In this document: one piece after another, positions 36,411 to 47,482 of the stretch
How the letters are laid out: each line of letters begins with the position of its first letter
How positions within the stretch are numbered: position 1 is the stretch's first letter
Assembly (NCBI GenBank): GCA_030295235.1
Contig: AP026167.1
Location: forward strand, 248,001-312,000
Length of the DNA stretch: 64,000 bases
DNA from: Fistulifera solaris
Taxonomy: Eukaryota
Reading direction: 5' to 3'
Made by a program: the position numbers and the translations under genes
The notes under the pieces: generated by a model
What the model saw: only the letters and a program-made list of their open reading frames with translations
What the model was told of the DNA's origin: nothing
Database searches by the model: none

Positions 36411-38726
36411 CTATAAGAAATATCTACCTGGCCGAGGTGCCGCAGTGTGTTTCTCTGTCTCTGTGGTTGTTTCCTTTTTCGGCGGAAATGACTTGGCCAT
36501 TTTCTGGGTCTTGGCACGGAGCGATTCTGTCACCTCAAATCCGTTAACAAGCCATTGATCACGATTAGCTTCCAGTTGCTGATAAAATACCGCTCCAAGA
36601 AACTCGCCAAATACACCAGTTTCGTCAAGCTGCAGAGCTAGAGGCTCTACGTAGCTTTCTAGCGCTTTAGCTTGGTTGTCGAACCATCCAGGTCCTGGAT
36701 CTGGTCCTCTTCCTGCTCGATGAGCCATCGATAGCTCTCGATACAATCGCGATGACCACCTCTTCATATTTGGCCAGCTTTGCATGCTGTGTGCGACGTC
36801 TGCCGCTCGCAGAATTAATTCCAACACAACCAAGGCCTTTAATTCATCAGGCTCATCTAAGAAAATTTCTTCATCGTGGACGCCTGAGACTAATGATGTT
36901 CCGCCGATGGAACCTCTCGGATGAACCTCAATTGATTCACCTGAGAAATCCATCCCTCGCAGAATTCCGAGCCGCTTGCGAAAGCTGGCACTTTTTTCTG
37001 AGTACGCTCCACTGCTAGCCCGTCGCATCATTTTCGTTTTGATTTTTTCTGAGTTTTCGTTAAAAAGTTTTTGATAGGGTGTATTGGTGACTTCCTCTTC
37101 GTCAATACGCTGCCCTGTAAGTGGTCGAAACCGAGTTACATTCCCCGTACTGGCTCTTCTGGGGACCATTCGTTTCATCTGACCTGAAGGCGGACGCCCA
37201 GCATTGAACCGCAAATCTGTTTTTGCAGATATCAGGTTCCTAAACAAATAGTCGCGTTCATCATCTGACGAAGGAGGAGTCAATGAAATGCTTGAGCTGC
37301 TCACATCACTGGTCCCTTGTTGGGTTGTACCGCCATTCATCTTCTTGGCTGGCAAATCACCATTCCTCCGAAACTTTTCCAAATTCACTTTATCTCTTGT
37401 AAGCGCACCTCCTTCTTGCCTTTTGTGAGCGAGAATAATAGAGCCTTGTCCGTAGGAGGCTGCACTGTCGGTACTATAACTCTGCATCGAATGGCGCCTT
37501 GTCATTCGAGAATACTTCTTGGTCGTTTCCGCCAGTAATGCCTCTTGCTTTTTCCTTACCATGGCTCCCATCACTGAGTCTTTCAAACTACTACTGGCCG
37601 AATCTTCGTCTACAAATGATGTAATCGAGTCTTCCATGTTGTAAACCGGTTTACCCGAGCGGATCCTATTGTTTGCGTAGGAATCATCATCCTGTTTTTG
37701 ATGCGACGAATTCGTGAAGTGGCGCGCTCTCAACATTTTTGTGTACGAATCGAAGGTCACATCAGACACCATCGAATTTTGGGATGCATTGGAACCACGC
37801 CTTGAACTACGAAACCCTGACGCACTCACACGAGGCATGGAGATGTTGCTGACCATAGAACCTCTCCGTGGAACTTTTTCGCTCGTTTCTTCGAAATCGT
37901 CACCTCGTTCCATGGCAAAGGCCTCCTTCCACTTAGACTTGTTCAGTTGTGAACGTTCGGGACTGGCAATGTCTGTGGAAAGGACGGCGCTGACCACAGT
38001 ACTTCGAAAGAAGCGATAGTCAATGTCTTTTGGAAACATGACGGACCGAAGATCAGCGTATTTGTCACGCAGCAGTTCTTCAAACGCTAATTGCAGTGAC
38101 CGTTGCTCATTGATCGAGTTATCATTGTAAGATATGGCCAACGGGTGCTCCTCCAAGGCTAGTTGTCGGTTCGAGATGCCTTTGTGATCAACGTCATGAA
38201 TCAGAGCTGCGAATATGAGTGCCATTAGCGCGACCGGGTCATGCCGCAAACCAAACGCCGGTGGAGGTTTTCCGTCTAAGAAGTCATCGCTATCCAAAGT
38301 GAGCATGAGATCCATGATTTTGTTGGCAGATATTACGACGTGGTAGGCATGCTGAAAATTGTGAAAAGGTACATCGCGATAATTTTCCAAAATAAAGCGT
38401 ACAAATCGTCGCAACTGCTGCATGACATTGGCATTGATTTTATCCGGGTGCCAGGGTCGATTATCAATTAAGGCTTTCCGACAAATACCACTGGTAGATA
38501 AGTCATGCTGCTCATTCGAATCCGCCGACAAGACAGCCGCTATTCGGACCACCAACAGTGATGTGATGCGTTCGACACATGCCTCTATCTCTTTCGGCAT
38601 CACAACATTGGGATCTTCCCCCTCTCCTAAATTATTCCAATCTTGTACCGATAAGGCTAGTGCCTGTAATGCACACTGTTGGGTCAGCTCGGCTAATTGT
38701 GAATGATCACCATCGGAAGAAGTCAT
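36411..38726 (-). CDS. Class I cyclic-nucleotide phosphodiesterase with a long insert inside the catalytic domain
   Basis: YRDVPFHNFQHA, IHDVDHKGISN, VLSTDI, then about 370 aa of low-complexity sequence, then LRAADVAH, W..RLYRE and WFDNQ. Confidence 0.9.
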   Translation of the reverse strand: MTSSDGDHSQLAELTQQCALQALALSVQDWNNLGEGEDPNVVMPKEIEACVERITSLLVVRIAAVLSADSNEQHDLSTSGICRKALIDNRPWHPDKINANVMQQLRRFVRFILENYRDVPFHNFQHAYHVVISANKIMDLMLTLDSDDFLDGKPPPAFGLRHDPVALMALIFAALIHDVDHKGISNRQLALEEHPLAISYNDNSINEQRSLQLAFEELLRDKYADLRSVMFPKDIDYRFFRSTVVSAVLSTDIASPERSQLNKSKWKEAFAMERGDDFEETSEKVPRRGSMVSNISMPRVSASGFRSSRRGSNASQNSMVSDVTFDSYTKMLRARHFTNSSHQKQDDDSYANNRIRSGKPVYNMEDSITSFVDEDSASSSLKDSVMGAMVRKKQEALLAETTKKYSRMTRRHSMQSYSTDSAASYGQGSIILAHKRQEGGALTRDKVNLEKFRRNGDLPAKKMNGGTTQQGTSDVSSSSISLTPPSSDDERDYLFRNLISAKTDLRFNAGRPPSGQMKRMVPRRASTGNVTRFRPLTGQRIDEEEVTNTPYQKLFNENSEKIKTKMMRRASSGAYSEKSASFRKRLGILRGMDFSGESIEVHPRGSIGGTSLVSGVHDEEIFLDEPDELKALVVLELILRAADVAHSMQSWPNMKRWSSRLYRELSMAHRAGRGPDPGPGWFDNQAKALESYVEPLALQLDETGVFGEFLGAVFYQQLEANRDQWLVNGFEVTESLRAKTQKMAKSFPPKKETTTETEKHTAAPRPGRYFL

Positions 38727-39228
38727 CGAATCTGATGGAAGGGGAACTAGGAAAAGAATAAGCGAATTGTCCGACTTTTGGGTGGTACTTTCGCGATTTC
38801 AACAAGCAATGTTTACGGCAACTGTGGTTCCTAAATGGTTGATTTCATCCCCATCCAAGCCGTTTCGGTGCTTTCCAATTGCAAAACAAGACGCGTCCAA
38901 GCGTTTTGTTTGTCTTTCGCTCTCTTCATCGGAGTTTCGTTTCAAATTTTGGAGTTCAAAGGAGTCTTCTATACGAAAAACAGTGAAGAATATGTCGGAA
39001 AGGCACTCTGCGGACATGGTCATAAGTCAGCCAACGCAACCTTTCCTACTTATAGATCTCACAGCAGATAATCTGAGTCATTCCGCCATGCGCCTCAAGC
39101 AGCAAGCTGAATTAATTTAAGTTTAGAGCTTTATATAGACTGGCTAAAAAGTCAATTACCCTAGCACTTGCACGAAGATATTCCATTCTCCTTGTACTCG
39201 TTCAATCCGTAGCATCTCTGCTAAGGCT

Positions 39229-41037
39229 TTAGTTGTCTGGTAGGGGCAACTTTTCGGCTCCTTCCTGCACAATTTTTTGGGCGATCATCAAACCTTCGAT
39301 GAGCCACTTATCGCGGTTGGCAATTACGTTCGCCGCAAACTGCTCTCCGTTCCTCTCTCCAAACACGCCTGTATCATCGAGTCGATGCGCCAAAGGCAAA
39401 AGATAGGATTCCAAAAAGCCGATTTGGTTCTCAAACCAACGAGTTTCCGGGTCGGTACCTCGTTTCTTGACGTAAGCGGTACGTAGTTCCATGTACAAGC
39501 GATTCGAAAACTTGACCATGTGATCCCATCCCTGCAGATTATGAGCCACGTCAGCCGCCAACATGATCGTTTCCATGACAACGGTAGCTTTCAGGTCGTC
39601 ACTTTCATCACTTTCCAAATCTACACCGTACGTCGTGGGATCCGACGCCGCGGAATGTGCCAAGGATCCCGTCCGCGTGTATGTTTCCAAAGTCTCTCCA
39701 GATAGATCCACCGTGCGCAAAATACCGAGACGCTGTCGGTATTTGGAAGAGGTCGAATTCCGACTGGCCATGGAAGACCGACGACGTTCAATCCGATGGG
39801 TAATCGATCGTCTCCTGTGGTCCAACCAGTTAGAAGGTAACTCCATCTTGGTTTCTTCCACATCACCATTTTCTGAACCTTCCGGAGTAATCGTGGGACT
39901 ATCTTGATCGTCGGGTTGCTCAAAACTAACCTCGGAAGTTCCAGTGTCACCCGTTCCTCGTCGATTGTGACGACGAAACGCGACATTTTGTCCCGTCAAA
40001 CTCATGCGACGAGCCTGTGCTTTCATCTTGCGTTCGATGGTTTCAATTCTGAAAGTTAAATGACGAAAACAAGAAGTGAGGATGGATGGCTTTTTTTAAT
40101 GGATCGAAAATAAGTAAATCACACGCAAATAAAGATACGTACGGATCTCCAAATGCTTCCTTCCATTTGGACTTGACCAACTGCGACCGTTCTATAGTGA
40201 TTTCCAGAAGAGGAAGAAGAAGAAAGAATAAGACGGAAATTCTTGCGCAAAAACGTTCGCACTGGCAACTTGTCATGTAGATCACTTACCCGGTGACGCG
40301 ATATCGGTCGTCAAGACCAAATTGACGACAATTTTACGGAATCGAAAGTATTCGTCTTTTTCGGGGAAAATAACAGTTCGCACCAATTGAAATTCATCTT
40401 GCAATAATTCCGAAAAGGCCACATAGATACTCCAATTTTCTGCAATCGACTGGTCATTGTATAATACGGCCAATCGATCATCTTCCTGCGCCAATTGCCG
40501 ATTGGGAATGCCTTGATGTTCAACATCATGAATGAGAGCTGCATACAGCAGCGCCAATAAAGCGACCGGATCGTGTCGTAACCCAAAAGTCACGGGTGAT
40601 TTCTGGCCCGTTTGCTGACTCACCATCATGTCAATCATCTTATTGACCGATAGCAGGACATGAAAACCGTGTTCTCGATTGTGATACGGGACATCTTTGT
40701 AACCCGCGATGATGCGTTTTACAAATTCACGCAATTGACTGTAAAATAGCGCCGTGAGTGCCTTGGGCCATTTGGTTTGTTTCATGAGTGTCGTACGACA
40801 AATGTTGCTGGTACTCAAATCCGGATACGTCCCCAACGGAGCCACGACCGCGACACAACGAATGAAAAGGAGTGCCGTCGCACGATCTACGAGCTTTTCC
40901 AAATCGTTCGTGGGTTCTGTATCCGGATTGCCCGTTTGTAGACCCAATTGATGCCATTCTTCGACGGTCAGTGCCAGCGCGAGTGTCGCGATGGGAGCGA
41001 CCGGAGTCGGCGCATCATCATCGTTGGGTTCAGTCAT
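39229..41037 (-). CDS. Class I cyclic-nucleotide phosphodiesterase, tandem paralog; two introns (about 40050-40143 and 40193-40289)
   Basis: YKDVPYHNREH, IHDVEHQGIPN, VLTTDIASPERSQL.KSKWKEAF, LAADVAH, WFENQIGF. Confidence 0.9.
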
Positions 41038-41570
41038 TCTCCTAGAATATGTGCTTTTTTATTTATTTGCTTCTTAAATGCAACAAGAGGTATTGAGGAG
41101 TGTTTTACTTTCAATAATTTGAAGGCAAAGCAAAGGGTGTTTTTCGTATGCTGTGAATGTGTCGGAAGACAAAAAGACCCTTGCGGGGGGCGGAAATGTC
41201 CGGAAGGATTCATCCGAGTGAGTCCCGTTTGGTGGTTCCCGGCCGGACCCCGTTCGTTTCCGTCCGTCCATAGTCCGTTCTGTTAAAACGGAATCCAGAA
41301 GCTGCGCGAATACAAACAAACTCTCATCAATCAACATTTGCCAGGTGGAGAATTCCCATTCGGAAGAAATAAACACACGACTGAATACCTGTAGTGGACT
41401 TTCGACGCTTCTCGATTCTCGACTCGACAGCAACAACACGCAAAAGCAAAAAAAAGATCGTTTGGTTGTGAGGGAAAGAACCACACATTCTAGAGAAACA
41501 CCAACAAATCTATTTCTACTACTTTCTCGAGTAACAGAACAACTACGAATCATCTACTAACAAAAAATTA

Positions 41571-42785
41571 ATGGGAGAATCTGCTCTACCCGTCGCTTAT
41601 GGCGTCCCCATTGCTGCGGCAACCGCATTCGACGACAACGTCGTGCCCACAGCGCCGCCGGATTTACGAACGGCCACCACCATCAATGGCGGACGTAGTT
41701 CTCGTGTCTTGTTACCCGCTCGTTCTCAACACATCGAACCTTTACCGGAATCTGTCTTTCAAACACTGGCCGAACAAGGATTCACGAGAGGTCTCGCGGA
41801 AGCTCTTTGCCAAAACAAAATCGCCTTTCCTCTCAAAATTTGGATCGTCGATAATTCGGGTTCTATGAATCATCACGACGGACATCGATTCATTGCCACG
41901 AAACGCCGCGAAGATATTCGTTTAGTCGAATGTTCGCGATGGGCGGAAATGCAACAAACCGTCGATTATCACGCCCAAATGGCGGCACTCCTCCAGAGTC
42001 CGACGGTCTTTCGTCTCTTGAATGATCCGGGTCGACTTTGTGGACCCCAGCAATTCAGTATTGCCGAAACCGAAAATTTGAGTCATGATTTGGCCGTCGC
42101 GCAGTCGACGATTCTCAATACCAGTCCCAGTGGGGTAACGCCCCTCACGGAGCATTTGCAAGAAATTCGTCAGAACATTCAAGACCTGTTGCCGCAATTG
42201 CGTCAAGATGGAAGTAAAGTCGTGGTGGTAATTGCTACCGATGGAACTCCGACGGATACACAAGGCATACAAAGTGCCACGACGGAACGAGAATTTGTGG
42301 CCGCCTTGAAAGGACTCGAAGGACTACCGGTATGGGTGGTGGTACGGCTGTGCACAGACGATGAGACAGTCGTACGATACTGGAACGACCTGGATGGGCA
42401 ACTCGAACTGAGTTTAGAAGTATTGGACGATTTTGTGAGTGAAGCCGAGGAAGTACATGAACACAACAAGTGGTTAAATTATGGTCTCCCGTTACATCGG
42501 ATGAGAGAAATGGGATTTCATCATCGTTTGTTTGATCTACTCGACGAACGTCCTTTATCGAAAGATGAATTGCGAGACTTTTGTCGAATACTGCTGGGGG
42601 AAGGCAAGATGGATGGGGTACCGGATCCACAGGCGCACTGGGATGACTTTGTCTCGGCGATATCCGCTATTGTGCAAAAAGAGAGTAAACAATGGAATCC
42701 CATCTCCAAACGAGTAGAGCCTTGGATCGATATCAAGCGATTGAAACGTGACTATGGTAAAGGTCTATTGCGGTATCTTTGGTAA
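41571..42785 (+). CDS. vWA/MIDAS-domain protein
   Basis: WIVDNSGSM, SRWAE, GVTPL, VVIATDGTP, VRLCTDD, WLNYGLPLHRMRE. Confidence 0.8.
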   Translation: MGESALPVAYGVPIAAATAFDDNVVPTAPPDLRTATTINGGRSSRVLLPARSQHIEPLPESVFQTLAEQGFTRGLAEALCQNKIAFPLKIWIVDNSGSMNHHDGHRFIATKRREDIRLVECSRWAEMQQTVDYHAQMAALLQSPTVFRLLNDPGRLCGPQQFSIAETENLSHDLAVAQSTILNTSPSGVTPLTEHLQEIRQNIQDLLPQLRQDGSKVVVVIATDGTPTDTQGIQSATTEREFVAALKGLEGLPVWVVVRLCTDDETVVRYWNDLDGQLELSLEVLDDFVSEAEEVHEHNKWLNYGLPLHRMREMGFHHRLFDLLDERPLSKDELRDFCRILLGEGKMDGVPDPQAHWDDFVSAISAIVQKESKQWNPISKRVEPWIDIKRLKRDYGKGLLRYLW

Positions 42786-42950
42786 TTGCGGTCCCGTCCT
42801 GTTGCTTTGCGCCAAATTGTGCTATATATAATTTAAATATTATAAGTTCAATCATCAATTTTAAGCCTTGTCTTTTGCTTCGTAACAATACTTTAGGCGA
42901 AGAAAGTGAGCGCGTATTATTGGTTTATGAATAATAGTACAGAAATAGCA

Positions 42951-44132
42951 TTATTTCGTGTTGGAGTTCTTGCGGAGTAAACCAAAGAATTGTTTGTTGC
43001 TGTAGGATTTTTGCAGCTTCTTGGTATCCACCCAAAACTCCATTTTCCTGGTCATAGGATTCCATGTTTGTCCCTGTTCCTTGTTAAAGCGTGTCACATT
43101 CGAGAGAAACTGCTTCGAATTGACTTCATGATCGCTTTGTTGAATATTCGCCAAGAACTCTTTGCCGAACAACATTCCGACCACTATCGACGCCTCTTCC
43201 TTGTCGAGGCTGCGTTGACCTAACATACTCAATAAATGATGCCCTATCCCCATTTCTCGACAGCGATGTAACGTGAGACCGTAGGTTAACCAAGGATTGT
43301 GTTTGTGTATCTTTTTGGCCTCTGAAAAGTATTCACCGACGATTTCCAGAGGCTCCTTTAATCGTCGACTCAATTCCGTATAGTGATGATACACTTTCGA
43401 GTCATCGACGCATAAACGCACAATGAGCCGAACGGGAAGTGATTGCAATACGCGCAAATCGTCCGCCAGTGTCCTATCTTCGGGCAATCCGGCTACCGCC
43501 AAAACCACAATTGCCTGTTGTTTTTGGGCCCGCAATTCGGATTCGATGGTGCGTATTCGTTCGTAAATTTCTCGCAAGTGCTCCGATAGCTCGTTGGCAC
43601 CCCGGGGTTCACAATCTCGCACAATCGAAAGAGCGGCATCGACTTCGGATTGTTGACGGTACCGTCCGACGCAAAATTCCCGCGCACACGCCTGGGGCGG
43701 AAAATTGATGAACCGAAAGATCGTGGGTGTTTCGTTGAGTCCCGCTAATTGGATGTGAAAGTCCATGGTTTCTTGCAATTCGATCCATCGCGAGCACGCG
43801 ATCACTTGGTGATGCAGTTCACTGCCCAAGATGCGTTTCCCGTCCATGACGCGCATGTGCCCGCCATTGTCAATGAGCCAAAACCGGATGGGATAATACG
43901 GATTGCTGTGTGGTATCACGGAGGCGACACCTTTCGAGAAGCCTTGATTGATTAATGCTGCGATGATGGATTGTTCTTTCCATGGTTCATGAGCGATGGC
44001 TAAACCGGAGGACGCGGAGGAGACCGTTTCGCCCATTGACGCGTCTCGACTCTGTTGATCATTATTGTTTTGTTCCCCAGATGACTGGCGTTGATATTTA
44101 TTCATGTTGGATGTTATTGTTGTTGCATTCAT
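42951..44132 (-). CDS. vWA-domain paralog with degenerate MIDAS, convergent with the 41571 gene
   Basis: Colinear with the 41571 protein (QGFSKG, WLIDNGGHM, SRWIE, VRLCVDD, WLTYGLTLHRCRE, WNP...E.W.D.K.L). Confidence 0.78.
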   Translation of the reverse strand: MNATTITSNMNKYQRQSSGEQNNNDQQSRDASMGETVSSASSGLAIAHEPWKEQSIIAALINQGFSKGVASVIPHSNPYYPIRFWLIDNGGHMRVMDGKRILGSELHHQVIACSRWIELQETMDFHIQLAGLNETPTIFRFINFPPQACAREFCVGRYRQQSEVDAALSIVRDCEPRGANELSEHLREIYERIRTIESELRAQKQQAIVVLAVAGLPEDRTLADDLRVLQSLPVRLIVRLCVDDSKVYHHYTELSRRLKEPLEIVGEYFSEAKKIHKHNPWLTYGLTLHRCREMGIGHHLLSMLGQRSLDKEEASIVVGMLFGKEFLANIQQSDHEVNSKQFLSNVTRFNKEQGQTWNPMTRKMEFWVDTKKLQKSYSNKQFFGLLRKNSNTK

Positions 44133-45345
44133 GGTGACATTTGCAGAAAATAAGGGAGACAGCATCATCATCATATCGCAGTCGTGAGGTCTTCCCAACG
44201 ATACCTGGTAGGTTTTCACAACACGCCGCACGCAACTCGCAGCCAATTCCTTGAAATCTATTATATGTACAACAAAAATGATAGTGGCGTAGGACGTCTT
44301 TAGAGTTTATTTTTTATCGATGGTTGGACTTCGCTGTTCGCATTTCGCATGCCTGAGGCCTGAGCGTCGAGCTCGAAACTGCACGAAGCACGAACATCAT
44401 CATCATCTACCTACTACCACCACTCTTTGTCATAAAGAACTAGTGATTAAGAGTGCCCAGCCACACTAGAAAACAGAAAGTGTGAATGAAATAAGGCATA
44501 AGACGCGCATTCGTCGCTTCTTCTCTTCGCATTCGTCATTCCGCCTACAATATACTGCAGACTGCAGACGGTCCTGGGTCCTGGGTACTCATTTGCCCTC
44601 ATGAACAATCCAGAATACAGACTTCAGCAATAAAACAATCTGTGGCTTCATCCGGGCGCGCATGAGTCTTTCCCTGGTCAGGTCAGTTAGTATGCTTCTG
44701 CGAAATCCAAGAGAAGGAATGCCAAAACGGAATCCCCCTCATTGGGAAACGGGCTCGGGACTGGCCCTCTACTAGCGCACTAAGGCTAGGGAGTTAGAAC
44801 CAAAGCTTACTCATTGAAGTGTCAGACTGAAATATATGTGAATGAAAAGTGGAAAATTCAGTCGAATGTCAAGATTAGATTCTGACGATTAAAAATTAGG
44901 AATAAAATATATATGTGGAAAAAAAAAATTAATAAAAAAGAAATACGTACAAACGAGGCAAAGTTGGTAAGCCAAATTTTGTATCGAGAGGAAAACTTCA
45001 ATATTGCCGTCTGCCGTCTGTCAGAAAGAGAAGAACTGGGGTACCGGATTCTCTTGGAAACTGTATTTTTAATTCGGACTCATAGGAACAGGGCTAATAC
45101 GTAGTACGGAGTACACTCGAATATGACTGGCTTTTTGCAATCGTTATCCTTAATCCAACTTCCAAACAACCTTGAACCTTCCTGTACAACCCTTGGTACC
45201 AGTAATAAACCGTTAACTGTTGCCATTCATTTCTCAGCATCATTCATCACGGTAATGAACAAAGAAGGGCTAAACGAACATTCTTACAACAACAGAGCCA
45301 ACTGAAAGGGAGTAGTAGTTCAGTTACCCACAAAAATACAGCGCC

Positions 45346-46509
45346 ATGTCGGATGAAGCGGAAAAGCGATCCCTGGAGAGTGAAGCCAGCATTCCCATTA
45401 AGAAACGAGCGCGACTGACTCATTCCACATCATCCCAAAGGCACGCTCATTTTGATTGCTTCAGTGGAGCCGCTGGTGATATGCTGCTAGCATCATGTCT
45501 CGATGCATCTGAAGATCCTGGGCATTTAGCGGAACGAGTCGTCCATGCGATCAAGTTAGGCCTGCCCGAGCTGGCGGAGGAATTTCACCTTTCTTACGAG
45601 AAAGCATGGAGGGGAGCCGGGAGTATCTATGCCATGACAGTGAAAATCGAGAGTGTTTATAAGCATCAAGCTGTCCCGGTTCCTTCTAAAAATTTTGCGA
45701 ATGATCGAGAAGCATGCATATCCGATGCAGTAGTTGGAATTGATGACGAGATAACACACAATCATTCGCATTCTCCTGGTCACTCGCACAGACATAGTCA
45801 GGATCATCCTCATGATCATTCACTCGAACATAACCATGGGCACTCTCATGGTCATTCTCATGTGAATGATACATCACTGATCCAGTCGGAGGCGCTCGAT
45901 AAAGGCGTTTCTCGTTCAGAACACGACCATCATCAATCATTACAAACGACTGGACCCCTGCGAAACCTACCGGAGATCAGGAGAATGCTAGAAAATGCTC
46001 CAGAAGAGCATATTCCTTTGTGGGTCAAAAATACTGCCATCGAGGCCTTCGTGGAATTAGCAAAAGCCGAAGCCTCCGTGCATGGGGCCAGTGGCATTGA
46101 TACTGTACACTTTCATGAAGTCGGTGCCGTTGATTCCATTGTCGATACTGTGGGTACACTTCTTGCTTTGCATTTTCTCGGCGCCAAAACATTTTCGATG
46201 AGTCCTTTGCCTATGGGAGAAGGTGCCGTGCGGACCGCCCATGGCATCCTCCCCGTACCAGCTCCCGCGACATTGCATCTGATGGTAGGCATGCGCACGG
46301 CACCAGGGCCGCCGGGAGTCACAGGAGAACTAGTTACACCCACCGCAGCGGCAATTTTGCGAGTATTGACCAACAACACGACGGGTGTTGCCACAGACCG
46401 GCCGCCACGATTTACGTTACGGCGAATTGGACTTGGTGCTGGAACGAAAGACTTTCGGGGACATCCCAACATAATGCGTTTATTTCTTGGTGATGACGTT
46501 CTTTCCTAA
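45346..46509 (+). CDS. larC: LarC-like nickel-insertion protein (N-terminal LarC1 region) with a His-rich tract
   Basis: HFDCFSGAAGDML, His-rich tract, RNLPEI, LAKAEASVHG, VHFHEVGAVDSIVD, TAHGILPVPAPAT, GELVTPT, GLGAGTKDF..PNIMR. Confidence 0.9.
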   Translation: MSDEAEKRSLESEASIPIKKRARLTHSTSSQRHAHFDCFSGAAGDMLLASCLDASEDPGHLAERVVHAIKLGLPELAEEFHLSYEKAWRGAGSIYAMTVKIESVYKHQAVPVPSKNFANDREACISDAVVGIDDEITHNHSHSPGHSHRHSQDHPHDHSLEHNHGHSHGHSHVNDTSLIQSEALDKGVSRSEHDHHQSLQTTGPLRNLPEIRRMLENAPEEHIPLWVKNTAIEAFVELAKAEASVHGASGIDTVHFHEVGAVDSIVDTVGTLLALHFLGAKTFSMSPLPMGEGAVRTAHGILPVPAPATLHLMVGMRTAPGPPGVTGELVTPTAAAILRVLTNNTTGVATDRPPRFTLRRIGLGAGTKDFRGHPNIMRLFLGDDVLS

Positions 46510-46572
46510 AACCTCTGGGCAGGGATTGGCTATCTAAGATCTGAGTCGATGATGTGATAATGCTAAAATATC

Positions 46573-46640
46573 GCCACGTGTTTTCATTCACGGGTCTCAA
46601 ATGGTACGTAGAAATCTCACCACACAAATTGCCACGTGGC
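46573..46640. promoter_or_regulatory. Two G-box (CACGTG) elements upstream of the small HSP gene
   Basis: GCCACGTG at 46573-46580 and the perfect palindrome GCCACGTGGC at 46631-46640. Confidence 0.4.
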
Positions 46641-46756
46641 AATTGAGTCGTGAACTCACTTTCGCATCCACGTTTCGATTGTTTAGCCGCTTTATCCGTT
46701 CCATTTTCCTCTCACAAAATCGATCTCGCCCCCGATTTCAAATTTTTCAAACAAAG

Positions 46757-47395
46757 ATGCTGTTCAACAAAACCAAAACTTCAGCTTTCATCATACTCCT
46801 CGCCATGCTAGGCACAGCCGAGGGCCGCGGCCACGGTCGCCACAGTGCGTTGCTGGCTCCCCGTCGTTACCAGTACAATCGTTCACTGGATCCGATTGAT
46901 ATGATTGGCGAGATCTTTACTGCGCCTATTTACATGAACAGTTTGCTGGGTCGTAGTGAACCGAATCTGTTGAAAGTGTCTACTCCGAACAGTCCTTCCT
47001 ATGATGTCTCGGTAGACACCGAAAACGGACTCGTGGAGTTGACGGTGGAGTTACCGGGTGTGCGATCGGAGGATCTAGACATAGAACTGGTGGATACAAG
47101 CTTGCTTCGCATCAGAGCTTCTCGAAAAGTGAAACACAACGGTTCTTTTGTCCAACAAGAGTTTGATCAGAGCTTCCAGCTCGACAGAGATGTTGATCCG
47201 GACCACATCAATGCGTCCCTTACCAATGGTGTCTTGACAGTTCAAGCCAAACGAAAAGAGAAATCGGTCAAGAAAATCTCCGTTCTTTTAGACGAAGCCC
47301 CAATAAAAAACGCAGTGGCGAAGTCGAACGAAATTGCGGAGGAGACGTTGAATGAGCAAGACCCCGACGATATTACCGTTGTTGATAGCGACTAG
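46757..47395 (+). CDS. Small heat-shock protein (HSP20/alpha-crystallin) with a signal peptide
   Basis: VELPGV..EDLDIEL, FDQSFQL..DVD...I.ASLTNGVLTV. N-terminal hydrophobic FIILLAMLGTAEG. Confidence 0.88.
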   Translation: MLFNKTKTSAFIILLAMLGTAEGRGHGRHSALLAPRRYQYNRSLDPIDMIGEIFTAPIYMNSLLGRSEPNLLKVSTPNSPSYDVSVDTENGLVELTVELPGVRSEDLDIELVDTSLLRIRASRKVKHNGSFVQQEFDQSFQLDRDVDPDHINASLTNGVLTVQAKRKEKSVKKISVLLDEAPIKNAVAKSNEIAEETLNEQDPDDITVVDSD

Positions 47396-47482
47396 ATCTC
47401 CAATAGAGTAATTAATCATTAGCAACATTAGCAACTCTAAAATAAACGACAAACATGAAAATGATGAGTGATTTTAGTGGTT

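Noticed and set aside
44280..45340. 1-kb spacer upstream of larC with an AT-rich patch and short ORFs; checked for other lar genes, tRNA or a transposon
   Set aside because: No recognisable coding motifs, cloverleaf or terminal repeats were found by eye.
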